In this document: piece after piece, positions 8,923 through 17,532 of the stretch | Layout: each line of letters opens with the position of its first letter | How positions within the stretch are numbered: position 1 is the stretch's first letter | DNA from: Thermodesulfobacteriota bacterium | GTDB lineage: Bacteria > Desulfobacterota_D > UBA1144 | NCBI GenBank assembly: GCA_029246845.1 | Contig: JAQWMJ010000001.1 | Coordinates: 1 to 21,483, forward strand | Length of the DNA: 21,483 nt | Direction of reading: 5' to 3' | Program-made: the position numbers and the translations under genes | Notes under the pieces: model-generated | Databases searched by the model: none | Told to the model about the DNA's origin: nothing | What the model saw: the letters and a program-made list of their open reading frames with translations, nothing else

Positions 8923-11900
8923 TTACTCTGATAGGTCCACTGGGATAACTTCGCTTAATCCTTCAAGTTTAGATGTAATACCTATAAGTTTATTTGAAAA
9001 CTTCATTGTTTTTTTGTTGTGAGTTATTATTGCAACTTGCGATTTCTTAGATATTTCCTTTAACATTTCACCAAACTTAGAAATATTTTTATCATCTAAT
9101 GGTGCGTCAACTTCATCAAGTAGTAAGAAGGGTGCAGGTTTTACAAAATAAGCAGATAGCAATAAGGCAATCCCAGCTAAAGCTCTTTCTCCCCCAGAAT
9201 ATGACTTTAGTGTTCTATATTTTTTTAATCCAATCTTTAACATTACCTCTATCCCAGTGTCTTTTAATGAGTTTGGATCAGTAAGAATAAGCTTTCCTTC
9301 TCCACCTCCAAATAATGTTTTTATATATTCGTCATATTTACTAGAAATCTTATTAAATGTCTCCATAAATGCTGTCTCAGATTCATCGTCAATCTTATTG
9401 ATAGCTTTTTGAAGATTGTTTAATGATTCATCTAAGTCGTTAATTTGAGAATCAGTAAATTCAAATCTTTCTTTGAGCTTTTCAAATTCTTCTGGTGCTA
9501 AAAGGTTTACAGGACCAAAACTCTCAATAGACCTTTGTAATTTATTAAACTTAGATTTAGATAGATCATCATTCTTTTTTAATAACTCTATTTGCGAATC
9601 CTCATCGTTTAAAATAATTTTAATGTCATAGTTATCAAATTCAGGATTAACGTTTTCAATTAACTGTTCAATCTCAAGGTCTACTTTTTGTATATTTGAA
9701 TCGAAAAACAAAGAACCTTCTCTTCTAGTTTCGAGCTCATCTTCTTTTTCTTGTTTCTTAATATTATCGTTAGATAGAGCAATTTTAATCTCGTCTATCT
9801 TGCTCTTTGCAATATTTATATTTCCAACTAAAGCTGTTTCTTGAATTTTAGAGTTCTCAAAAACATCGCTTAATCTTTTTAACTCTATTGAATTAGATTC
9901 TATTTTATCTTCCAAATCGATAATTCTTGACGTATCTCTTTCGATTTTAAGTGAGATAATGTTAATTCTTTGACCTATATTTTTCTTTGAATTATTCTGC
10001 TCATCTAATGATACTTTGAGATTCTTTATTTCATCCATTTTGGAATCCATTACAATCTGGGAGCTTGATATATTCTTTGCTTTTTCTAATAAGTTAAATT
10101 TCTTTTCAAATTCATTCTTCTCTTCGATTATTAAATTAATCTCATTATATATATCCTCTAGCTTTTTCTTTTTTGAAGTTAGATTAGAACTCAACTCTAT
10201 TGATTGCGATTCCATACTTTGCCTTAAAGATGTTTCAGCAGAAAGCCTAGAATTAAAATTATTTAATTTTTCTGAGATTACTTCATAAGATTCGTAATAA
10301 GAAGCGATCTCAGCATCAAAAGATTCAATTCTATTATTAATATCAAAAATCTCTTCTTCTATTTTCTTGATTTCAATGCCCACTAAATCAATATCTTTAT
10401 CGTATTCAACTTTAAGCCTATTCAAATCCTTAATTTCATCTTTGATTTGAAGTATATTGTCTGGCGCTGATCCGACAGATATAGACCCATTAGAATCGAA
10501 AAACTCGCCATCCCTTGTAACAAAATTAAAGTTAGGGAACTCTTCTCTAGCTTTAATAGCATCTAGAATTGTTTCGGTAACATAAGTGTCACCTAATAGT
10601 GATGCAAGAAATGGACGATTTTCTTGGTTGCACTCTATACAGTCCATTATCATTGTTTGATTAATATCCAAGCTGCCTCCAGCCTGAATCCTATTGTTGA
10701 TTGGAATAAAGGTGCCCCTTCCGGTACATGTACTCTTAAATTTTTCAATAGTATCAATTGTATTTTTCTTATCATTAATAAGAATCCACTTTAATTTCTC
10801 CCCTAAAGCTGATTCTATTGCTTTCTCATATCCAGTTTTTGATTTGATAAAATCAGAGACAGTTCCATCAACGCTTTTTCCTTTTAGCTGATGAACAAAA
10901 TTCCTAATTCCTTCTGGGAGCCAACCATAAGTAGCCTCAATATTCTCAAGAACCTTTACTCTCGACTTTGTGGACTCAATATCAGAATTGATTTGTGAGT
11001 ACTTTTCGTTAATTTCTTTAAGTTCTCCATTACTTTTTAATAACCGCTCAGTTTCCTCTTTCTTATTTCCCTCACAATTATCTCTAATAGATTGAAGCCT
11101 AAGGGAGTTATCTCTTATCTCTGACATTTCTTTCTTGATAGCCAAGATAGAGCCCTCTAGTTTATCAGACTCAACTTCATAATCTGCCTGTTTAATCGAA
11201 AGTTCATTCAATTCATTTTCTATAATAGAATGGCTTGTCTTGAGGGATGAATATCGTTCTACCGCGTCTAGGAGTCTTGTTTTGGCCTCATCTTGAGTAA
11301 TCCCAAGATTGCCTGGACTCTCCTTAGTAGAAAAACTAACCTGTTCGTTAGCATCAATTAATTTATTTTCTAAAGTTTCATAGCTTTTATCAATATCCTG
11401 TATTTCTAAAATTAATTCATCTACTTCTAGTCTTAAATCTCGCTTGCTATCTTTTGCTCTGACTAGTTCTTCAACTAGTAGAATATTTTCTTTCTGCAAA
11501 ATATTTACTTGCGAGCTTGTATTCATCTTATCTTCTTTAGCTCTAAGTAGTGAAAGATTGAGCTCATCTATACTATGCATAATATTCGAATAATCATCAT
11601 TACTCTTATTAATAGTGGATTTAAGGGTATTTCTTTCTTGCTCTATGAGGCTAGTAATGTTGCTAAATTCATTTTTTTCGTCGATGCATTTAGAGAGCTT
11701 TGTACTCAAGTCTCTATATCTACTTTTATAGAATAGCTTTTCTAGGCTTTTAAATTTATCTACCAACTCAGAGTATTCGTTAGCTTTTCTAGCTTGTTCT
11801 TCCAAGGAATCCTTTTGCTTCCTTATCTCTAATTGAATATCTCTAGTTCTCTCAAGATTATCTTGAACTAACAGTATTTTTCTTTCTGTCTCGGCTCTCT

Positions 11901-12408
11901 TTGATTTATATATCGCAAGACCTGCAGCTTCATCAATTAAATTCTTTTTTTCCTCTGGCTTAGAAGTTATATAACTATCTATTTGTCCCTGAGGAATTAT
12001 TGTAAAACTTCTAGATCCTGCACCTGCTGACATAACAACATTAGAAACATCCTTAAGCCTGCATTGTGTTCCATTTAAATAATATTCGCTCTCACCAGAT
12101 CTATATAACTTTCTTTTTATCTCAGTTTCTACAAAATCATCTTCTTCTTTATTTTCAATTAACAAAGAAACTTCGGCATAATTTTGTTTTGGGAGATTAT
12201 CATTACCATCTGCTACTACTTGTGACATAGAATCAAGTCTTAAAAGTCTTGGGTTTTGCTCACCAAGTACCCATCGCATCGCATCAAGAAGGTTTGTCTT
12301 GCCACAACCATTAGGTCCCACAATTGTAGAAATTTCTGAATCAAAATTTATAATAGATTTTTCATAGAATGTCTTAAAACCTTTAATATAGAGGGACTTT
12401 ATTCTCAT
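8923..12408 (-). CDS. smc: Chromosome segregation protein SMC
   Basis: 1161 aa. Walker A GPNGCGKTN, Q-loop IIPQG, two long coiled coils around a hinge (GRGTFIP), signature YSGGE, Walker B/D-loop LLDEVDAPLD and IITH. Confidence 0.96.
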   Translation of the reverse strand: MRIKSLYIKGFKTFYEKSIINFDSEISTIVGPNGCGKTNLLDAMRWVLGEQNPRLLRLDSMSQVVADGNDNLPKQNYAEVSLLIENKEEDDFVETEIKRKLYRSGESEYYLNGTQCRLKDVSNVVMSAGAGSRSFTIIPQGQIDSYITSKPEEKKNLIDEAAGLAIYKSKRAETERKILLVQDNLERTRDIQLEIRKQKDSLEEQARKANEYSELVDKFKSLEKLFYKSRYRDLSTKLSKCIDEKNEFSNITSLIEQERNTLKSTINKSNDDYSNIMHSIDELNLSLLRAKEDKMNTSSQVNILQKENILLVEELVRAKDSKRDLRLEVDELILEIQDIDKSYETLENKLIDANEQVSFSTKESPGNLGITQDEAKTRLLDAVERYSSLKTSHSIIENELNELSIKQADYEVESDKLEGSILAIKKEMSEIRDNSLRLQSIRDNCEGNKKEETERLLKSNGELKEINEKYSQINSDIESTKSRVKVLENIEATYGWLPEGIRNFVHQLKGKSVDGTVSDFIKSKTGYEKAIESALGEKLKWILINDKKNTIDTIEKFKSTCTGRGTFIPINNRIQAGGSLDINQTMIMDCIECNQENRPFLASLLGDTYVTETILDAIKAREEFPNFNFVTRDGEFFDSNGSISVGSAPDNILQIKDEIKDLNRLKVEYDKDIDLVGIEIKKIEEEIFDINNRIESFDAEIASYYESYEVISEKLNNFNSRLSAETSLRQSMESQSIELSSNLTSKKKKLEDIYNEINLIIEEKNEFEKKFNLLEKAKNISSSQIVMDSKMDEIKNLKVSLDEQNNSKKNIGQRINIISLKIERDTSRIIDLEDKIESNSIELKRLSDVFENSKIQETALVGNINIAKSKIDEIKIALSNDNIKKQEKEDELETRREGSLFFDSNIQKVDLEIEQLIENVNPEFDNYDIKIILNDEDSQIELLKKNDDLSKSKFNKLQRSIESFGPVNLLAPEEFEKLKERFEFTDSQINDLDESLNNLQKAINKIDDESETAFMETFNKISSKYDEYIKTLFGGGEGKLILTDPNSLKDTGIEVMLKIGLKKYRTLKSYSGGERALAGIALLLSAYFVKPAPFLLLDEVDAPLDDKNISKFGEMLKEISKKSQVAIITHNKKTMKFSNKLIGITSKLEGLSEVIPVDLSE

Positions 12409-12416
12409 TTTTGCAA

Positions 12417-12445
12417 ATAATAAAATACATTAGTTATAAAGGCAA
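12417..12445 (-). promoter_or_regulatory. Putative sigma70 promoter of smc-secA
   Basis: TTGCCT (12445-12440), 17 nt, TATTAT (12422-12417), 8 nt, then ATG 12408. Confidence 0.55.
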
Positions 12446-12478
12446 TAGTAAATATTAAGAAATCTAAATATAATTGAA

Positions 12479-13990
12479 CTAATTAATATATTTAGGATTG
12501 TATTTTATATTCGAGTTAATGAATATTTCTGTCAAAAAAGTTCTATAAATTTTTTCTTTTCTAAGTGATGAAAGATTTTTCTTTATTTTATCTTTATCTA
12601 ACAATAAAAAATCTGGATCAGCTTTCCTTACTTTTTCTATAAATATTATAAAGTTATCAGAACTATTTGATATGATTTCTGGAACAAAAAAGCCCTCTTT
12701 AATGGCACTATAATCTATCTTAAAATTTGAAATCTTACTAAAGTCAGCAAAACTTAGATTGTAATTAAAATCATAGCTATAGTTAATATCACTCTTAGTC
12801 GTCTCAAAGACTGCTTTATCATTACTTTTATCATTATCCAACAATAAGGCCAAAAGCTTCATTTGATATTCATATAGACTATTTCTTTCTAAACTAGATA
12901 ATGCTTCCTGTTGAGAAATAGTTTTTTCACTTAATATGGTAACTACCCATAGTGAATCCACAGCAACGAACACTTTGACTTTTTTGTCTGTAAAATCACT
13001 AGAAACAATTTTACTTAGTAAATCTTTGGTTATTATTTTTTGCGGTGCGTCGAGATTCAAGCTAATGACTTTATTTTTTATACCGCTCTCACTAACGATT
13101 TGATCAAAACTTTTACTTTCTGCCATTTTATTGAGTGATTTAAGTTTTGCAGGGAGTATATTAAGTGCAATTCTCTTTCTAATCAGTGTTTTTAAATTTT
13201 TATCGCTAATATTCTCATCATCAGATGAATAATTTAAGATAAAAGAATCGATATCTTTCTTTGTAATATTTATATCTTTTGTTAATTCATCAAAATCTAA
13301 TTGAGCCAATCTATAAGTTAAGCTTGTGTTAGAAGCATTCTCTTTCTTGCTCATTATGAAATTATTAATATCACTATCTGTAAAATTTGGAACCTTATAT
13401 TTTGAACTATTAACTCTAAGAGTATAAAAATTCAGTTTTGTAGAATCATCTCTATATTTTTGCTCTATTTCCAAGTCCGAAACAAAAACAAAAGAGGTAA
13501 AGAATGATCTCAACTTATCCGCGAGTACTTCTTCTTTAAGTATTTGTTCAAATATTTCAATTTTTAATCCGAATATATCTTTAACTTTTGTTTTATATCC
13601 AGAAAACCCTATAAACCTGCCATTATTATTAAAAAAACTTGATCCTTTTATCTTAGTTTCAATTTCGTCATCAGAAACATGTAATCCTAACTTAACCGCT
13701 TGCTCGGATGAGACCTTTCTCCTTGCAATAGTATTAATAATTTGTTTATCAATAATCTTTACAGCTTCCTTGTCAGTTAAAAGTTTTTTTGAAACATCTG
13801 CGAATTTTAACCTTCTAAAATAGTTGAACTCTTCAAGAGTGATGTCTTTATTGTTAATTTTGGCTACTGTGTTGTCTGACATTCCGAAAGAAATAACGTC
13901 AGTGCCGACACCAAGACTAACAACTAGGCCTATACCTAAAAGAGCTATGATAAATTTGCTAATAAAGTTCTTAAGATAAGAAAAAAACAT
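12479..13990 (-). CDS. PpiD/SurA N-terminal-domain membrane-anchored periplasmic chaperone; start placed at ATG 13990 (ORF track uses 14041)
   Basis: N-terminal TM anchor (FIIALLGIGLVVSLG), VAKINNKDIT, AVKLGLHVSDDEI, FFNNNGRF and VSDLEIEQKY are SurA_N/PpiD-like. The C-terminal half is divergent. Confidence 0.75.
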   Translation of the reverse strand: MFFSYLKNFISKFIIALLGIGLVVSLGVGTDVISFGMSDNTVAKINNKDITLEEFNYFRRLKFADVSKKLLTDKEAVKIIDKQIINTIARRKVSSEQAVKLGLHVSDDEIETKIKGSSFFNNNGRFIGFSGYKTKVKDIFGLKIEIFEQILKEEVLADKLRSFFTSFVFVSDLEIEQKYRDDSTKLNFYTLRVNSSKYKVPNFTDSDINNFIMSKKENASNTSLTYRLAQLDFDELTKDINITKKDIDSFILNYSSDDENISDKNLKTLIRKRIALNILPAKLKSLNKMAESKSFDQIVSESGIKNKVISLNLDAPQKIITKDLLSKIVSSDFTDKKVKVFVAVDSLWVVTILSEKTISQQEALSSLERNSLYEYQMKLLALLLDNDKSNDKAVFETTKSDINYSYDFNYNLSFADFSKISNFKIDYSAIKEGFFVPEIISNSSDNFIIFIEKVRKADPDFLLLDKDKIKKNLSSLRKEKIYRTFLTEIFINSNIKYNPKYIN

Positions 13991-13997
13991 AGATAAG

Positions 13998-14006
13998 AAT
14001 ATAGCA
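13998..14006 (-). promoter_or_regulatory. Putative extended -10 promoter of the PpiD-like gene
   Basis: TGcTATATT, 7 nt before ATG 13990. Confidence 0.5.
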
Positions 14007-14057
14007 TATAAGAGCTGTAATTTAACAACATTCCCCAACATTGTGTAAAATAATGAG

Positions 14058-15119
14058 GTGAAAAAAAATATTGCTATAGTGGGCTGTGGAATTGTAGGTC
14101 TTTTAATTTCTTATAAGTTCTTAAAGCTAGGACATAAAGTTACAATCTTTGAAAAAGAAGAGCATAAGGGTCTTACAAATTGTAGTACCACTGCAGCAGG
14201 AATGCTTTCCCCATATTGCGAGCTAATTCATAGCGATAAGAAAATCTTTGATTTAGGTTGTGATTCAATCTATAGATGGAAAAAAATTATCAATGAATTA
14301 GAAATGAAAGTTTACTTTAAAATAAAAGGGAGCCTTATTGTTGGAAACAAAGAACATATAGCTGAACTAGACTCTATATGTTCAAGAACAAATAAGTACA
14401 CAAACGCAAATATCAAAATAATTAAAAGTAAAAGAATCTCAGCTCTTGAGCCTGACATTGATAGCGATGATTTAATAGGATTACACTTTAAGGAAGAAGG
14501 TCAGATTGATTGTAGGCAAATTATAAATATTTTAATAAATTTTTTGCTAACAAACAATTGCTCTATTAATTTTAAAGCTGAAGTAAAAAATATTCAGAAT
14601 AATTCTGTGATATTAGATAATAATAAAAAAATCAAGTTCGATCATGTAATCGAATGTGCTGGATTACATTCTCTTAACAATAAAAGAATACGGGCTGTTA
14701 GAGGAGAGATTATTGAGGTTTATGCTCCTGAAATAAAAATTTCGAGACCAATAAGATTAAACCATTTCAGATACCCAGTTTATATTGCACCTAGAGAAAA
14801 TGGGATCTATTTAATCGGTGCTACCGAGATAGAGAGCGAAGACTTCTCGCCAGTGTCAATTAGATCTGCAATCGAGTTATTAAATTCTTCAATTGTAATT
14901 TCCAAAAGGTTCTCTGAAGCACGAATTATCACATTATCATCGAATTGTAGGCCTGCTTATAGTGACAACCTACCTAAAATTATAATAAGAAAAGATTATA
15001 TTTCTGCCAATGGTCTATTCAGGCATGGTTACTTATTGTCACCATTGGTTGCAGACTTGGTGGTTGACTACTGCTTGAAAGATAAGAAAGACAAAAACTT
15101 GGATTACATTTATAATTAA
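14058..15119 (+). CDS. thiO: Glycine oxidase ThiO (FAD-dependent, GTG start)
   Basis: Motifs IVGCGIVG (Rossmann), AAGMLSP, EGQID, VRGE, IGAT, RP and NGLFRHGYLLSP. Lies directly upstream of thiS-thiG. Confidence 0.92.
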   Translation: MKKNIAIVGCGIVGLLISYKFLKLGHKVTIFEKEEHKGLTNCSTTAAGMLSPYCELIHSDKKIFDLGCDSIYRWKKIINELEMKVYFKIKGSLIVGNKEHIAELDSICSRTNKYTNANIKIIKSKRISALEPDIDSDDLIGLHFKEEGQIDCRQIINILINFLLTNNCSINFKAEVKNIQNNSVILDNNKKIKFDHVIECAGLHSLNNKRIRAVRGEIIEVYAPEIKISRPIRLNHFRYPVYIAPRENGIYLIGATEIESEDFSPVSIRSAIELLNSSIVISKRFSEARIITLSSNCRPAYSDNLPKIIIRKDYISANGLFRHGYLLSPLVADLVVDYCLKDKKDKNLDYIYN

Positions 15120-15124
15120 AATTA

Positions 15125-15328
15125 ATGATAATTTTTATTAATGGTGACAAAACTAAACTTAATAAAACTACTAGTTTAGAAAAGTTTCTAAAAAAGAACT
15201 TCTCAAACTTGTCCTCGTCTTATGCAGTTGCTTTGAATAATGAATTTGTCCCTAGATCAAGCTATCAGGATATAATTATAAATGATGGGGATAAGATTGA
15301 AGTTGTCTCTGCTCAGCCAGGAGGTTAA
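15125..15328 (+). CDS. thiS: Thiamine biosynthesis sulfur carrier ThiS
   Basis: 67 aa. IFING, AVALNNEFVPRS, GDKIEVV and a C-terminal GG. Confidence 0.96.
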   Translation: MIIFINGDKTKLNKTTSLEKFLKKNFSNLSSSYAVALNNEFVPRSSYQDIIINDGDKIEVVSAQPGG

Positions 15329-16093
15329 ATGCAAATATATGATATTAATATAGATTCAAATATAATTTTAGGCTCATCTGGATATCCATCACCCAAGATT
15401 TTTTTTAACTGTATTAAGATACTAAAGAGTGAGATGGTTACAGTTTCAGTTCGTAGATTAAATAAAAAACAGGATAACAATTTTTTTAATCTTATTAAAA
15501 AAACAAAATGTAGGATTCTTCCAAATACAGCAGGATGCTTGTCAGCTAAGGAAGCTATAGTAACAGCTCAAATGGCCAGAGAAATCTTTGAAACTGATTT
15601 GATAAAACTTGAAGTAATAGAAGATGATTTAACTTTAAGACCATCTAAAAAGGATACGATTAAAGCTGCTGAAGCTTTAATCAAGAAAGGATTTAAGGTA
15701 CTACCATATACGACTGACAATATAAATTTTGCAAAATCGTTAAAAAGTTTAGGGTGTAAAGTTATAATGCCCTGGGGCTCCCAGATAGGCTCAGGTAGGG
15801 GTCTAGAAAATCCAGAAAAACTCTTAAGAATTAGAGAAGAGATGCCAGACTTAACTTTAATCATAGATGCAGGGATAGGGAGAATCTCTCATGTATGCGA
15901 AGCTTTTGAGATTGGATATGATGGAATATTGTTAAATACTGCTATATCAAAAGCAGAATATCCAGAAGAATTTGCAAAAGCACTAAGCTTATCTATGGAA
16001 GCGGTAAAAAGGTCAATAAAATCGGGTCTAATACCTAGGAGAAATTTTGCAACCCCTTCTACAACAACAATTGGAATTCCCTTCAAGAAATAG
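15329..16093 (+). CDS. thiG: Thiazole synthase
   Basis: Motifs VTVSVRR, LPNTAGC, IKLEVI (catalytic Lys), MPWGSQIGSG, DAGIG and LLNTAI. Confidence 0.97.
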   Translation: MQIYDINIDSNIILGSSGYPSPKIFFNCIKILKSEMVTVSVRRLNKKQDNNFFNLIKKTKCRILPNTAGCLSAKEAIVTAQMAREIFETDLIKLEVIEDDLTLRPSKKDTIKAAEALIKKGFKVLPYTTDNINFAKSLKSLGCKVIMPWGSQIGSGRGLENPEKLLRIREEMPDLTLIIDAGIGRISHVCEAFEIGYDGILLNTAISKAEYPEEFAKALSLSMEAVKRSIKSGLIPRRNFATPSTTTIGIPFKK

Positions 16094-16097
16094 TTTT

Positions 16098-17459
16098 TTA
16101 ATTTGATTTAACTGATTTGTAAAGTGTCACTTCAGAATCCTTACTCCTTCTCTCAATCAAGAAAAGGCAATTCTGTCCCGATTTTATTTTACTAATTACG
16201 AGATTGTAAGATTCTATTGTATCAATAGGCTTTCTGTTAATTTCTAAAATAATATCTCCTTTCAGAAAAGTTCTAGATTTAGCTGAAGCTTTTGCAATAT
16301 TAGAGATAATTATTTGTGTATTATTCTTCTCTGACACATCGGGGACTTCATTAACTATAATTCCAAATTTTTTGGCCCCCAAATCGGACTTAGTAACCTT
16401 TCTAACTTTTGGCTCGGGTATCTCGCCTAACACAACAGTAATATTTATCTTAGCTGAATCCCTTAATACAACTAAGTCAACCATCTCCCCAGGCTTAAGC
16501 TGACTTATCTCTTTGGGTAAGTCCTCATAAGTTACTATTTCAACTTTATTTATAAAGAGTATTATATCGCCTCTCTTTAAGTTTGCTCCAAATGCTGGAC
16601 CATCATTTAGCACTCTACTAATTAAAGCTCCCCTTGAAGATTTTAGATCTAAAGAATCAGCTATTTCTGGGGTTATCTTTTGAACAACAACTCCCATCCA
16701 CCCTCTTTGAACTTTTCCATTCTCTTGTAAGTCCTCTATTACATTAATTGCCATAGATATAGGAATTGCGAACCCTATTCCTTGACCATTTGCAGCTATG
16801 GCAGTGTTTACTCCAACAACTTCGCCAAGGTGGTTGAACAATGGCCCCCCACTATTACCCCTGTTTAAAGCCGCATCTGTTTGAAGGAAATCAACGTATG
16901 TACCTAGTCCATCAACATACCTTCCTTTTGCACTTATTATTCCTGTTGTTACGGTAGCACCAAACCCCAGAGGATTACCTATTGCAATAACCCCTTGACC
17001 AATTCTTAACTTATTAGAATTTCCAATTTTAACTTTATTTAAATCTATTTCAGTAGATATCTTAAGGAGCGCAAGATCTGTCCTAGAATCAGTACCTACA
17101 ACTTGAGCTGGATAACGATCTCCATTCTCTAAAACAACTAGAATATCATTTGCCTTCTCTATAACGTGAAAATTTGTTACAACAAAACCATCTTCAGAAT
17201 AAATAAATCCAGATCCAAGCCCTTTGGATGTTCGAGGTTGTGAATCTTCGCCAAATTGTCTCCTAAAGAATTCATCAAAGAAAGGGTCTCCTGTAATATT
17301 AAGGTTTTGCTTGTTAATATTTGTAGTCTCAATTCTAACAACAGAACTAGTTAGACTTTCAATTAAATCAGGTAGATCAGAGCCCTTTAAAGAAGAAGTC
17401 GAAGGTAAAACCGTAAAAAAGACAGACAAAGTAAAAAAAAGTTTGAAGAGCCTACTCAT
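16098..17459 (-). CDS. Do/DegQ/DegP-family periplasmic serine protease with two PDZ domains
   Basis: Signal peptide, GSGFI, catalytic triad in VTNFHV, TDLAL and GNSGGP, then QTDAA and PDZ motifs RGWMGV and GDII (twice). Confidence 0.95.
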   Translation of the reverse strand: MSRLFKLFFTLSVFFTVLPSTSSLKGSDLPDLIESLTSSVVRIETTNINKQNLNITGDPFFDEFFRRQFGEDSQPRTSKGLGSGFIYSEDGFVVTNFHVIEKANDILVVLENGDRYPAQVVGTDSRTDLALLKISTEIDLNKVKIGNSNKLRIGQGVIAIGNPLGFGATVTTGIISAKGRYVDGLGTYVDFLQTDAALNRGNSGGPLFNHLGEVVGVNTAIAANGQGIGFAIPISMAINVIEDLQENGKVQRGWMGVVVQKITPEIADSLDLKSSRGALISRVLNDGPAFGANLKRGDIILFINKVEIVTYEDLPKEISQLKPGEMVDLVVLRDSAKINITVVLGEIPEPKVRKVTKSDLGAKKFGIIVNEVPDVSEKNNTQIIISNIAKASAKSRTFLKGDIILEINRKPIDTIESYNLVISKIKSGQNCLFLIERRSKDSEVTLYKSVKSN

Positions 17460-17532
17460 AGTTAATAAAATATATACAATTCAATGAATTCTATCCAGTT
17501 AAATATTCCGAATATGATAATATTACAATATA

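Noticed and set aside
8923..12408. SMC as part of a Wadjet/MksBEF, SbcCD or Lamassu defence system
   Set aside because: Canonical SMC length and hinge, housekeeping context, and no partner genes nearby.
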